From positions 1 to 54,595 of the IMG/VR virus record IMGVR_UViG_3300027872_000007: a DNA stretch of 54,595 nt. One strand, written 5' to 3'. Shown one piece after another: positions 20,590-30,443 of this stretch. A program made the position numbers and the translations under genes. The stretch is from a virus. Taxonomy: Duplodnaviria > Caudoviricetes. The first letter of the stretch is position 1, and each line of letters begins with the position of its first letter. Below the pieces are notes generated by a model. It was not told the DNA's origin. It ran no database searches and saw only the letters and a list, made by a program, of their open reading frames with translations.

Positions 20590-21057
20590 TTATCCACTGG
20601 ACCTCACTATCGCGAGGGCCGGGTTCGTTGGATCCGGGAACTTGATCGTTAAGTTGCCACCGTTCACTGTGATCGGTGAACCGAAATTCAGGACCCACAT
20701 GATCTTGTTCGCCTGGGGCCCGGCTGTCGTGTTGTAAATGACAGCACCTTGAGCCGCGGTTCCGGGGCTCTGCCCCCAGGTGGCTCCAGCTATCACAATG
20801 TCATCGAGATCCATGACAGGGCGATTCGCGCCGCCAGGTGTGTAAATAACGGTCTGTGTCAACGCGAAGCCACCGGCAACATATCCGGATCCAACCAGCT
20901 CGTCTGTCAGCGATGCCTGAAGGTCCGCAGTCTTCACATCGATGTTCGCCAAGGTCGTGTACATGGCGAAGAACAGCGCGTCGTTCTCCGGATCATGGAC
21001 GCCGTTGAACAGTTGGTCCCGCAGGAACTGGAAGCAGGTGCCGGCGATGATGCTCAT
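20590..21057 (-). CDS. Conserved tail structural protein
   Basis: G.H...D..FFAMYT, GYVAGG..L, GAVIYN, VLNFG, IKFP pattern typical of a tail protein in this phage type. Confidence 0.7.
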   Translation of the reverse strand: MSIIAGTCFQFLRDQLFNGVHDPENDALFFAMYTTLANIDVKTADLQASLTDELVGSGYVAGGFALTQTVIYTPGGANRPVMDLDDIVIAGATWGQSPGTAAQGAVIYNTTAGPQANKIMWVLNFGSPITVNGGNLTIKFPDPTNPALAIVRSSG

Positions 21058-21725
21058 GTCAAGCTCACCGTCCTGGCCGCTTCCTTGATCGGGCTGTAAT
21101 CAGCTCTCCATTGCCGTCTCAGCTCCAACTTCCTGGATCCCAAAAACTCGCTGTAGGTTTTCTTCCATACTTCGATCTCGCCCTGATCGGACTTCAAGAA
21201 CTCCTCGCTCGCGACCAAGGCCGCGTACAGCAACAGGTCGCCACAGTTCGTACCGAGCCAGGTCGTTTGCGTTGCGGGGGCCAATGATATTGGAGACTGG
21301 ATCTGACGCAACTCGAAGCCATGGGTCAATATAGGTGCCGGCGCAACCCAAATCTCGGTCTCGGTAAACTCAGCCCAATAGATCGGCTCTGCCGTCTGAG
21401 TCACATCGGGTTCAAAGTCCAGGCAAAATTCGTAAGTCCGGCGTTGCAGGAAACGCCTCAGCCCTGCTCCACCGACATCGCGTATGTGCAATGACCTGGT
21501 GCCTTGCCAGGTCGCCGGTTTGATCGGCTGGATAAATACCGCGGCTGTCAACGCACCTGTTTCCACTCGATCGAAGATCTCGAAATTGAGATCCGTGGTC
21601 AGCCGGCTTTCGCCCAGCTTGACCAAGGTCGGCAAATCGGTGATGTACTCGGCGCTCCCTTCCTCCAGTACCACCTGAAGCTCGGCTATGAGCTGATCGT
21701 AAGTAAACGAAATGGATGAACTCAT
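21054..21725 (-). CDS. Head-tail adaptor / tail tubular-like protein
   Basis: Start MSSSISFTYDQL at an ATGA overlap. TTWLGTNCGDLLLYAALV..FLK motif. Confidence 0.7.
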   Translation of the reverse strand: MSSSISFTYDQLIAELQVVLEEGSAEYITDLPTLVKLGESRLTTDLNFEIFDRVETGALTAAVFIQPIKPATWQGTRSLHIRDVGGAGLRRFLQRRTYEFCLDFEPDVTQTAEPIYWAEFTETEIWVAPAPILTHGFELRQIQSPISLAPATQTTWLGTNCGDLLLYAALVASEEFLKSDQGEIEVWKKTYSEFLGSRKLELRRQWRADYSPIKEAARTVSLT

Positions 21726-24076
21726 GACAAATAATCCCAGTCCTGAAAGCCAACGGGCTTCGTGAATGCGAAAGGCGCTTTCATAGTCCACCGCACCTTA
21801 AAGCCTTTATTGTTGCAGTTTACCGACCCAACGTAGGCAGGAATGGGTGCGCCTGTGGTCGTATTAAGGAAGTCTCCTATGAGCGTCTCGACCCTGGCAG
21901 GTGTACCGTTCCTGGACCATGTTACCTCACCAGTAACCAGATCAAGGGCGATGCCAATGACATCTCCCGTTGTATAGGCCAATAAGCCGTTTGTCGTAAT
22001 GCCATTGTGATGCGTTTGCCCATCGGCCATGTACGAAGCGATAAATGGTCGTTCGCCGGCTTCATCGCCTGGATCTGATGCGGCATTGGATTGACCGCCT
22101 GAAATGTGTGCATTGAAAGTGCCAACGTAAACTCCGAGAGTAATCGCATTTGGCGTACCGAACGACGCGCCAACAGTAAATTCGCAATAGTACTTGCCGG
22201 TCGCGCCAGTAGCGTCTCCGGCTGGAAACGCCAGACGACCCATCATGTGTCCGACCGACGAGTTGCCTCCTTGAAATGGCATCTCTGGATAATCGTTGCC
22301 AGATCCAAAATGATTGTCATCAGGGAAAACGTGAGCATACATCTGCTCCTGATGTCGGATTAGCTCTGGCGCCGTAATGATGTTGCCACACAATTCTACT
22401 GTCATGCCTTTAATGGGAAGGCCGCCCCAAGCTCTGGCAGGATTGTTATTCAGACGCATCAAAGTCCTCGGCAAGAAACCAGGTGGAACAGTCGGCGGCG
22501 GCACCGCAAATCCAAGAGACGGAATGAATGGCGGAACGAAATCACCTTTGCTGAGTGTTGCTATGTTGTAAGTGAAGGTCCTCACTGAAAGCGATGAATC
22601 ATAGATCAATGAGGCTAAAGTGGTGTCGTTATCCGAAGGAGAAGCGAACCAGATCCTGTACGTGCCAGAGTTCGCTGGCGTCAGAAAGAAAAAGCTATTG
22701 GCCGAATCATTGTTAGCAAATTCCAAGGATACACAATGGAAAACTTCATTCCAGCCAACGCCTTGATTAGTTACCTGGTCAATAATCGGAAGTGAGGCGG
22801 TCGTTTCTCCCCTGAAGAACTGTCCGTTAATCCCAGGTGATGCCAGCTCCTCCCAACCAATAAACCATGCCTGCTCATCAACAACGTCCCAATGGACAGC
22901 CAAGCAGTACGTCTCCCCAACTTCAAGCGTGACATCTTTGAAGCAACCGTGTGGCCCACCAGTTATGTCACCGTCATCAATGACAACGGCATAATGAATA
23001 CCATTCAAGACCGGATCCAAACTACTACTGCCACTGGTTGACCAAGTTGCAAAGAGATCGTTGGCAGTATCTGGCAATAAGTTCTCGCACAGCGACACTG
23101 CACCTGGGTTGTAAAACGCCGCATATAGCCATCCAGACTTTCCGCTGCCGCTGTTTTCATCAATCTGCATATTTGTGACAACATCTTGCGTCGGCGTCTT
23201 GCGCGTAATGACCGGATCGCCGGCAGTCGGCCCATCATGAAAAGTCACAATTTCCAGCACCGAACTATTGGGGCTTGAGATTTGTGGCGCACCCATCAAA
23301 GCAACAAAGTCAACATTGGCAGTTATATCGTCATCGATTCCTGGATCGCTCCACGATAAATTCTGAAAGGGACAGGCCAGATTCAAGTTCTGAACTACCC
23401 ACCAAAGCACGTACCACCGGACGTTTGTCGCGTTGTTTGATGTCAAAGCAAAGATGGTCGCATCTACAATATTCTCCCGCGGAAACCACCAAAGCGAGCC
23501 GGATCTGACTGAATCGTTATAGCCCTTGCTTGTCACATGATTAGAAATAATGCAGCGAAGATCTGGTCCTGAACTGTCTAGCTCCGCGTTAGTGGTAATT
23601 GAGATCATGTGCACAATCGCTGAGCAGCCAACGTCAAGACTGCCTGTCAGATCCAGGTTGAACGTCAAACTGTTATCGACGATCTCGAAGCCTGAATCCT
23701 TGACACGCACAGCACCAGACTCAATCACTGGCGTAATGTTGGCCAGCTCATAACCGAACGAGAGCCCGGCGCTTCCTGCACCACCAAGAGGAAGACCGAA
23801 TCCTCCACCAGGAATAGGATCCAGTCCAGGTGCGCCACCGAGTTCAAGGAGAGTGCCAATCTGGTCGCGCTCAGGAGCTGGTCGGTACAGCGCAGTCGGA
23901 TCCCTGACGCTGGGCAATGATTCCTGCGGATGCTTGGGCTCGTACCATTCAGGATCGACAATCAGGTTCGGATAATAGCCGTCCGCAATCATATCTCGGA
24001 GCAGCATCTTGCGTCCCGAACGGGCACACTCTCCGAGAGCCCACTTTCCCTTGGCGTATGCTGCCCCGATCGCCAC
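21722..24076 (-). CDS. Structural protein: conserved Cys-containing N-terminal head-tail domain fused to a long extension ending in a SPRY/B30.2-like domain
   Basis: N-terminus AKGKWALGECARSG..EPKHPQ..DPTALYRPAPE. C-terminus GKYYCEFTV..YTTGDVIGIALDLVTGEVTWSRNG..PVGFQDW. Confidence 0.7.
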   Translation of the reverse strand: MAIGAAYAKGKWALGECARSGRKMLLRDMIADGYYPNLIVDPEWYEPKHPQESLPSVRDPTALYRPAPERDQIGTLLELGGAPGLDPIPGGGFGLPLGGAGSAGLSFGYELANITPVIESGAVRVKDSGFEIVDNSLTFNLDLTGSLDVGCSAIVHMISITTNAELDSSGPDLRCIISNHVTSKGYNDSVRSGSLWWFPRENIVDATIFALTSNNATNVRWYVLWWVVQNLNLACPFQNLSWSDPGIDDDITANVDFVALMGAPQISSPNSSVLEIVTFHDGPTAGDPVITRKTPTQDVVTNMQIDENSGSGKSGWLYAAFYNPGAVSLCENLLPDTANDLFATWSTSGSSSLDPVLNGIHYAVVIDDGDITGGPHGCFKDVTLEVGETYCLAVHWDVVDEQAWFIGWEELASPGINGQFFRGETTASLPIIDQVTNQGVGWNEVFHCVSLEFANNDSANSFFFLTPANSGTYRIWFASPSDNDTTLASLIYDSSLSVRTFTYNIATLSKGDFVPPFIPSLGFAVPPPTVPPGFLPRTLMRLNNNPARAWGGLPIKGMTVELCGNIITAPELIRHQEQMYAHVFPDDNHFGSGNDYPEMPFQGGNSSVGHMMGRLAFPAGDATGATGKYYCEFTVGASFGTPNAITLGVYVGTFNAHISGGQSNAASDPGDEAGERPFIASYMADGQTHHNGITTNGLLAYTTGDVIGIALDLVTGEVTWSRNGTPARVETLIGDFLNTTTGAPIPAYVGSVNCNNKGFKVRWTMKAPFAFTKPVGFQDWDYLS

Positions 24077-24078
24077 AT

Positions 24079-24540
24079 TTATCGCCTATTGAATCGCGAC
24101 CGCCGCGACTTATTCAACGTGGGCGAAGTGACATTGGTTTCGACCCTGGTGCCACCAGTTTCCGCGAGCCCTGCGACTCCAGCTTGCTGGCCCCTGGCTC
24201 CTTCGATAGCCTGACGCATCAAACCGCCGACACCACCTCCACGTTGAGCAGGAGGAGTTTGCCGAAGCGGCTCCGTCTGAACCTGTCCTGGACGTTTGGC
24301 GGTCGGTACAACGCCAGGAGAGGTCGCTGGGTACTGCGGCGCAATCTTACTTCGCGCTGCATTGACTGGAGCGGCAAGCGGGGCTTCCGGATCCACAATG
24401 CTTTCAGCCTCCGGCAGAAGCGCCGAGGTATCCCCTGGTGTTGCAATCTTCGGAGCTGCCGCTCGACTGATAGGGTTCATGACCCTGTTGAGAATACCGC
24501 CAGGCTTCGGACGCCCGGTCAAATTTGCTCGACTTACCAT
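24079..24540 (-). CDS. Small basic, disordered hypothetical protein (possible virion)
   Basis: Start overlaps the upstream stop; P/A/G/R-rich. Confidence 0.55.
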   Translation of the reverse strand: MVSRANLTGRPKPGGILNRVMNPISRAAAPKIATPGDTSALLPEAESIVDPEAPLAAPVNAARSKIAPQYPATSPGVVPTAKRPGQVQTEPLRQTPPAQRGGGVGGLMRQAIEGARGQQAGVAGLAETGGTRVETNVTSPTLNKSRRSRFNRR

Positions 24541-25256
24541 TAACGTCTCCCGTAAAAGCGATCGTAATTGACAGACAGCACAAACGGTGCGCTCTCGTGA
24601 TCTTCGTCATCGGCCTCTTTGAAGTACACCTCAGCTTCGCTTACCAGGTCCCTAAACCGCTCCGGCTTGTACTTTTGTGCGATCTTCGCTGCCAAGGCGG
24701 ACACGAATGCCTCCTGGAATCGGAATGGAATATCCAGGGTATTTTGGGCGTTTCCTGCGTCCTCGATCTGACCGTAGACATTGGCAATAATTTGATCGGT
24801 GGTGTTCTCGCCGCTGAGCCAATAGAACATCTGCGGAGGCAACAAAGCGCCGGTCGTGTCTTTGCGTCGATCGATGAAATACCGATCTGGCCGACCTTTC
24901 AAGGTCTTGTCGTGGATGATCAGGTAGTCCGATCGCGAGATGGGATACATCTCCGTATCCACACCGTTGACACCAACACCCATAAAGCGACGTAGCACCA
25001 CGGTCTGCACATCAATCGTGCCTGCCGGCAAATCGAAGACGTTCTCATCGATCGCAGTCGTGTGGTTGACCTGCGTAAACTTCCATTGACGATGGCCTTT
25101 GTTGGACCACCGCGACAGGATGAATCCGACCGAGCGACGGATCGAGATGAGATGCTGGGTCACAATCTCTTGAAGATCGAGCCCAGCCCTCTCAACTGCT
25201 TCGTCAGCGTAAGCGGCCAGATTCGGATCCGTTATAAACGTACCCGTTGAGGCCAT
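24540..25256 (-). CDS. Head-tail adaptor (tail tubular protein A-like)
   Basis: MASTGT, WSNKG, ISRSDY..K..KGRP, DIPFRF..ALA. Confidence 0.75.
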   Translation of the reverse strand: MASTGTFITDPNLAAYADEAVERAGLDLQEIVTQHLISIRRSVGFILSRWSNKGHRQWKFTQVNHTTAIDENVFDLPAGTIDVQTVVLRRFMGVGVNGVDTEMYPISRSDYLIIHDKTLKGRPDRYFIDRRKDTTGALLPPQMFYWLSGENTTDQIIANVYGQIEDAGNAQNTLDIPFRFQEAFVSALAAKIAQKYKPERFRDLVSEAEVYFKEADDEDHESAPFVLSVNYDRFYGRR

Positions 25257-25258
25257 GG

Positions 25259-26377
25259 TTACGCCCCCCTATGACCGGCCTGTGCGATCTCCATCGTTGG
25301 AGTGCCACCAGTAATTGCCGCATTGGATACCAATCGCAATGCGGTGATCGTCTCTTTGACAGTATCGTTAGCATCAGCGACAACGGCCACCAAGGCGCCG
25401 TGATCAAAACTATTCACAACAGGATAAACCAGGTCAAATACTGATCCAACGTGCTGGCCCACTGTCGGCTGAGGATCGTTACCGCGCCTGCCCAACAAGT
25501 TCGATCGCGTCAGCTCAACGTCCAAGCTGACTGTGGCGCCGTTGATCTTGATTGTCAGACCTATATCGACTGGATTCCTGATGTAATCCACCGGGAACCA
25601 GGCCGTTGGAACGACCGTGACTGTGCCGGCACTGATGTCGCCGCCAATGTTGTTCTCAGGAATAATCGACAGGATGCTCGCGAAAGGCTGCTCAGTTGCG
25701 ACCGTTGCCGCGGCGCCCAGCACTGATTCTTGGATCTGATTGCCTTTACGCCCTGTGCCAGTAATCAAGAATCGATTGCCAGCAGCAGTGCCGGCAACGA
25801 AAGCCTGCGTACCGATAGGAACCGTGGTGCTGGTTCCCGCCTGGAACTCTGCACGAATGTAGAAAAATGGACCTTGCCCATTGATCGTAGATGCCACCCA
25901 GTCACCTGGAACGGTAAACGATACGGTGTTGACTCCACCAGTTTTGAAGTTCGTGGTGCCATCACTCACGCCGGCAAGAGCGACAAACGAGGTGCCGTTG
26001 AAGTATTCCCAAACCACCGTGTAGGTGCCAACACCAGCAGTGCCAACATTGACATCGATACTTGAAAACTTCGCATCGGAGCCGAAGTTGTATCGATCGA
26101 TGCCGGCAGCCGGCACAGCCGGAAACAGCGTCATGTCGTTCGCTGCCGCGCTGTTCGCTTCGCCGGTCTCGTCAACGAATGCGCCACCATCTTCAGCAAT
26201 GGCGGCGCTCAGCACTCCGAGCGCAAACGTCAGTAGCACTGTTCGCGGCACGTCATTCACGAACGGAGATCCACCGGCCAGAACCAGTGGCTGCCCGGCA
26301 ACCGCCTGTTGCACCGCTGCAATCAGAGAGGCGTTACCAGCAGCATAGGGGCCAATTTGTAAGACATTTTGTCTCAT
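25259..26377 (-). CDS. Virion structural protein with an inserted beta-sandwich module
   Basis: PRTVLLT...FLITGT...QESV scaffold interrupted by a ~115-aa WEYFNG module. Confidence 0.65.
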   Translation of the reverse strand: MRQNVLQIGPYAAGNASLIAAVQQAVAGQPLVLAGGSPFVNDVPRTVLLTFALGVLSAAIAEDGGAFVDETGEANSAAANDMTLFPAVPAAGIDRYNFGSDAKFSSIDVNVGTAGVGTYTVVWEYFNGTSFVALAGVSDGTTNFKTGGVNTVSFTVPGDWVASTINGQGPFFYIRAEFQAGTSTTVPIGTQAFVAGTAAGNRFLITGTGRKGNQIQESVLGAAATVATEQPFASILSIIPENNIGGDISAGTVTVVPTAWFPVDYIRNPVDIGLTIKINGATVSLDVELTRSNLLGRRGNDPQPTVGQHVGSVFDLVYPVVNSFDHGALVAVVADANDTVKETITALRLVSNAAITGGTPTMEIAQAGHRGA

Positions 26378-26391
26378 GTCGTTCCCCCAGG

Positions 26392-27078
26392 TTAATTTCT
26401 AGCGTCGTTTCCGAAACCGTCCGCTGTGAAGTCAGGGATGTAGTACAGAACGATGTCCTCGACGCCATCCAGAGCCACCGCAGGATCATACGTTCCTCGA
26501 CGATCACCAGTCGTATTCGTAACCGGCTTGGTCTGATCAGCAACAACCAGCGTTCCAGCATCAGCCGCGCCTGTCGAGCCGACCAGCGTGTGCAATCGAT
26601 CAAAAAGATTTAGCAGCCTGGCATCAAGACCCAGCACATCGGTTGTACCAACAGTCAGGTTGCCGGCCAAGATAACGTCCACCGAGATCGCTGTCACCGT
26701 TTTGAATGCCTTCAGTCCTGGCACTGCGGTTAAGCCGTTCAGGGCGATGTCTTCAACCACTGCTGCACCAGCAATGTCGGTGCCAGTAACGGTCACGATC
26801 TGAGTCGTATCACCGGCATTCGAGCTGTCAACCAAAATCCCCCTGGCGACATCAAGAGTAGCAACTCCGGCAACGGCCAAAACACCATCGAGAGGCACGT
26901 CACCGAGCGGCGTGACAGCCGCTATTACCAAGCCATCCACGTCGCCAATGATTGCATTGGCAATAATAAGTCGATGAACCAAAGCAAGAGAAACGCCACG
27001 TTGCGCGCCGTTCAAGGCATTGGATTGCCCAGCCCCTGCAAAGTGTTCGTCTGCATGTGTAATCGTATGTCTGCTCAT
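26392..27078 (-). CDS. Minor capsid / decoration-like structural protein
   Basis: Immediately downstream of MCP. VTVTGTD..G..VVEDI, GLKAFKTVT, TTGDRRGTY motifs; GAGGAG SD. Confidence 0.7.
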   Translation of the reverse strand: MSRHTITHADEHFAGAGQSNALNGAQRGVSLALVHRLIIANAIIGDVDGLVIAAVTPLGDVPLDGVLAVAGVATLDVARGILVDSSNAGDTTQIVTVTGTDIAGAAVVEDIALNGLTAVPGLKAFKTVTAISVDVILAGNLTVGTTDVLGLDARLLNLFDRLHTLVGSTGAADAGTLVVADQTKPVTNTTGDRRGTYDPAVALDGVEDIVLYYIPDFTADGFGNDARN

Positions 27079-27125
27079 AACAGCCCTCCTCGGGCAGAGG
27101 AGTCCATTCCTCGTTAATCGTGCAT

Positions 27126-27156
27126 GAAAAGCTCCCGGCCCACGAATGAGCCGGGA
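27126..27156 (-). terminator. Probable intrinsic terminator/attenuator after MCP
   Basis: TCCCGGC-10nt-GCCGGGA stem followed by GCTTTT on the minus strand. Confidence 0.55.
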
Positions 27157-27188
27157 TGTCAGTTCAGGTCGCTACTGCGGCCTTAGTC

Positions 27189-28100
27189 CTACGCGCCACC
27201 TGGCGAGCCGTAAGCACCGCGCCAGTCGGACCAGCCGAAGCTGTACCGCTCGCGAGCCTTGTAGCGAAGATTGCCGGTCTCGAAGTCGCCCTCGATACCA
27301 CGCGAGATCTTCTTACGAAGCATGTGCTTGAGCCCATCAGGACAGTCCGTCTTGAGAGTCCACTGGTCGGGATCCGTCAGGCGGTGATTCACGCAGAATC
27401 CGTCGCCCACGGTGCCGAGAGTGTAGATGGCGCTGATGTCGTTATCGCCAGTGTTCGTGCGATACGGTGACATCAAGATCCGCGTTGCCACGAATTGCAA
27501 CTCCGTTGGGAGAATTAGCTTCGTGATCTGCGCTGCGATCGGAATGCCACGGTCGTCATCGAACTCTGAGATGTCGATCGCTGCCTGTTCCAGTGATGCC
27601 TCTGCAAGGTCGGCTGCTGTCGCCAGGGTATTCGCCTGGACACCGCCGCCGAACTGCGGATGGCTTGCTGAGAACAACGGTACACCGTCGCCGCCAAGAA
27701 AGAGGGCGTCGAAGCCGTTGTTGACAATATCAGCACCCTTAACTTCTTTGGTGTGCTGATGTGAACGTGCAAGGGCACGAGCATACTTGTTACCCAATGA
27801 CCCATAGAGTCCGTCTTCCTCGGCTTCCTCAGTGATAGCGAACGCCAGAGCGATCGTCTCATGAGTGTACCGAGCAACGTAACTCTCCGCGCCCTGGTCG
27901 TATGCAACGCCTTCACCTTCGGGCTTGACTGGTGCACCTGCGAACCCGGCGAGCAACACGTCTTCCTCGAATGCTTTCATCGATCGCTCGATGTCGAAGA
28001 TTTCGCGCCACTCCTCTGGATACCGCTTGTACTCCATGCCGAAGACGGCGTTTAAGCCTTCTTGCAGTTGCTTGCGAAAGTCGCTTCGATTCATTGCCAT
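27189..28100 (-). CDS. Major capsid protein (HK97 fold, Mu gpT-like family)
   Basis: MAMNRSDFRKQLQEGLNAVFG, KPEGEGVAYD, ARYTHETIALAFAITEEA.ED, GGDGVPLFSASHP, GDFETGNLRYKARERYSFGWSDWRGAYGS. Confidence 0.92.
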   Translation of the reverse strand: MAMNRSDFRKQLQEGLNAVFGMEYKRYPEEWREIFDIERSMKAFEEDVLLAGFAGAPVKPEGEGVAYDQGAESYVARYTHETIALAFAITEEAEEDGLYGSLGNKYARALARSHQHTKEVKGADIVNNGFDALFLGGDGVPLFSASHPQFGGGVQANTLATAADLAEASLEQAAIDISEFDDDRGIPIAAQITKLILPTELQFVATRILMSPYRTNTGDNDISAIYTLGTVGDGFCVNHRLTDPDQWTLKTDCPDGLKHMLRKKISRGIEGDFETGNLRYKARERYSFGWSDWRGAYGSPGGA

Positions 28101-28102
28101 GA

Positions 28103-28696
28103 TTAGACTCCCGCTGAGGCTAGTGAGCCGTAGCTATGGTTGTTAATCAGGACGCGAGCCTTCGCGAACTGTCCATAAGCATTATCGGGCCCACGCAATA
28201 GACCGAGGATTCGGAGCTGCTTGGAAGCACCTGCCAAAGTCGTTTGGTCAAACTGGAAGGCCGATCGGCCTGTAAATGCGTTCCCCGCACCAGCTACGAA
28301 GTTGCCCATTTGGCCAACATCCGCAACTACCAATCCGGCGCCACCGGATACTTGGATGATGAACTCCTGTCCTGGGTCATCATATACGAGGGCTTCCGGA
28401 TCTTCTCCGGGTGTGATGCCGGTAGCGACAGTGCCTGTCGGCCACCTTGGGCGGAACTGAACTTCCCCGTTTGCATCGACGTAACGACAACCAGCAAATA
28501 CACCTGTGATCAGGTTTGCATCGCCGGCTGTAGCAATGGTGATCCTGCGCCCTACGCCTGTCAGGACAACTGGATCGCCTGCGAAAAGATCTTGAGCTAA
28601 GGCGCTCGCGATCTCATACGCGCCGAACCTACTGGGAGTACCGCCTGCACCGTGTCGAGTCGGCAGTAAGCCTGCCGCACGATCCACGTTTGCCAT
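28103..28696 (-). CDS. Capsid decoration/cement-like protein
   Basis: MANVD..GLLP, F.GDPV, GVFAGCRY, VYDDP; directly upstream of MCP. Confidence 0.7.
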   Translation of the reverse strand: MANVDRAAGLLPTRHGAGGTPSRFGAYEIASALAQDLFAGDPVVLTGVGRRITIATAGDANLITGVFAGCRYVDANGEVQFRPRWPTGTVATGITPGEDPEALVYDDPGQEFIIQVSGGAGLVVADVGQMGNFVAGAGNAFTGRSAFQFDQTTLAGASKQLRILGLLRGPDNAYGQFAKARVLINNHSYGSLASAGV

Positions 28697-28711
28697 TCGG
28701 ATACCTCCAAA

Positions 28712-29338
28712 TCAATCATCGTCGGCTACCTGTACTTGTCGCACAGGAGCCACCGTAACGGATGAGTGTCTGGTCGCCTGGATCGGGCCGAAGCCTGATA
28801 CATCCTCCCTGGACACTCCCTTGAGTTGCCGCTCGATTGCCCGGTTTTGACGCCTCTGCTTGTCGCGGTAAAACTTCTTCCGCTGAGCATGAACGCGCTT
28901 GGGCATCTCGCATAGGATCAAGTCCTCTACGCCGATGACATCCCCGTACTGGTCGATATTGATGGTCGGCAGTGAACGATCTGACAGGGCTGACGCCTTG
29001 ACAGGTCTCCATCCTTCTCGAATTGCATTTCGCAGTCGGGCTGTATCCTTCACCGTTCCAAGACGTATCCGAATGAAACGATTTACATATCCATCCCTGG
29101 CTGGCGGGGCATCAAGATCTGAATACCGGCGCCATTCCGTAACTTCATTGTCGGCTTCCGTGTCGTACAGGTCGTCCACTTCGCGGTCCTGGTTCTCCTG
29201 CTGAACCTTTCCATCTGCATGGACCACTTGCTCTGGCGTGTTCTTTTTACCGCCAGTTTTACTCTTTCCCTGAGCTGAATCGCTGCGCCGCTTCTCCGCT
29301 GCGGACCTCGCTTGTTTCTTCGCCGTTTTACTCATCAT
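28712..29338 (-). CDS. Conserved head-module protein
   Basis: LDAPPARDGY..RFIR..REGWRPV..VEDLILCEMP; lies between scaffold and decoration genes. Confidence 0.7.
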   Translation of the reverse strand: MMSKTAKKQARSAAEKRRSDSAQGKSKTGGKKNTPEQVVHADGKVQQENQDREVDDLYDTEADNEVTEWRRYSDLDAPPARDGYVNRFIRIRLGTVKDTARLRNAIREGWRPVKASALSDRSLPTINIDQYGDVIGVEDLILCEMPKRVHAQRKKFYRDKQRRQNRAIERQLKGVSREDVSGFGPIQATRHSSVTVAPVRQVQVADDD

Positions 29339-30386
29339 CACAACCCTCCAGGTAGTTTTCCACCGCCTTTGGGTCATCCGGATCCAGGCCGAACGCTTTC
29401 ATGTTCGCAACCCTGGCGCGGCTCAATGTTTTTCCCTTTTTCTTCCTAAACTTCTTCTTCGTCCTGGAAACGCCACCACGGTCGCCTTCCGATACCGGGC
29501 TCCTGCGCCTCTGCTTCTTCGCCTTCGCTTTGCGGCGAGACTTCGAGGGAACCTCCCCGAACTCATCCTCCTCCTCGAACTCCTCCTCCTCGTCTTCCTC
29601 ACCGAGGCCCAGATCTACCGTGTGTTCCACGATGCCTGGATACTTTTTCTCCACCAGGGCTTCGAGATGCTCGTAAAAGTCATCGTCGGTGGGCTTGTAA
29701 CCCTTCTTCTGCAAAGCGAGATCCGCTTTACGAACGAAGGCCCGGACGTGTCCGAGATCTTCGTCATCCCACCAATCCTGCTCCTGGATCCACTCCATAG
29801 CCCTGGGGATAATCGTGGGCGTATCTTCCTCGCCCAGATCATCTGGCTCATCATGCTCCGCTTCTAGCTCCCTCTTGCGGTCTCGAAGGTCCGCAGTCAA
29901 CTCACCCATTTGTCGAGTGAGCGAGGCGACTGTCTTGCTGTCGCCCTTCTCCATGGCAGCTTCGATCTGGGATTCCAGATCTTCAAGTTTGCCGCTGAAC
30001 TCATTGAGTTCGTCGGTCTTCCCTGTTTTTTCCAGAGTTGCGATCCGCTTTTCTAGCTTCGATATTGTCTCGCCGGCTTCAGCCTTGGCGGCAGCTAGTT
30101 GTCGATTCGCATCTCGTTTCACACCAGCCAGGCGCTTACGCATGGCTTTGGTCATCTTGGCTGGATCGTACTCTCCATCTTCAGCCAGTTCGTCGTCCGC
30201 TTCGCTGTCCGTGTCATCCGTATCCGCTTCGCCATCCGTGGTTTGTTCGTCTTCATGACGCTCGTTCTCAGTCAAATCCTCCTCGTCGAGTCCGAGCTGA
30301 TCAAGTACGTTGTCCGGTATCGGATCTGTGTTCCGTCGCAGATCATCAAACTCATACTCGATCTTTTCCCGTTGTCCATTGGCCAT
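29328..30386 (-). CDS. Capsid scaffolding protein
   Basis: Acidic coiled-coil, AMEWIQEQDWW, GYKPTDDDFY, basic C-terminus; canonical position. Confidence 0.75.
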   Translation of the reverse strand: MANGQREKIEYEFDDLRRNTDPIPDNVLDQLGLDEEDLTENERHEDEQTTDGEADTDDTDSEADDELAEDGEYDPAKMTKAMRKRLAGVKRDANRQLAAAKAEAGETISKLEKRIATLEKTGKTDELNEFSGKLEDLESQIEAAMEKGDSKTVASLTRQMGELTADLRDRKRELEAEHDEPDDLGEEDTPTIIPRAMEWIQEQDWWDDEDLGHVRAFVRKADLALQKKGYKPTDDDFYEHLEALVEKKYPGIVEHTVDLGLGEEDEEEEFEEEDEFGEVPSKSRRKAKAKKQRRRSPVSEGDRGGVSRTKKKFRKKKGKTLSRARVANMKAFGLDPDDPKAVENYLEGCDDE

Positions 30387-30415
30387 CCTCGCTCTCCTTG
30401 ATCAACGGTGTCGTG

Positions 30416-30443
30416 ATAATACTCCTTGCAACCCTCCAGTCAA
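30416..30443 (-). promoter_or_regulatory. Candidate sigma70 promoter for the scaffold-capsid operon
   Basis: TTGACT-16nt-TATTAT upstream of the scaffold RBS. Confidence 0.45.
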
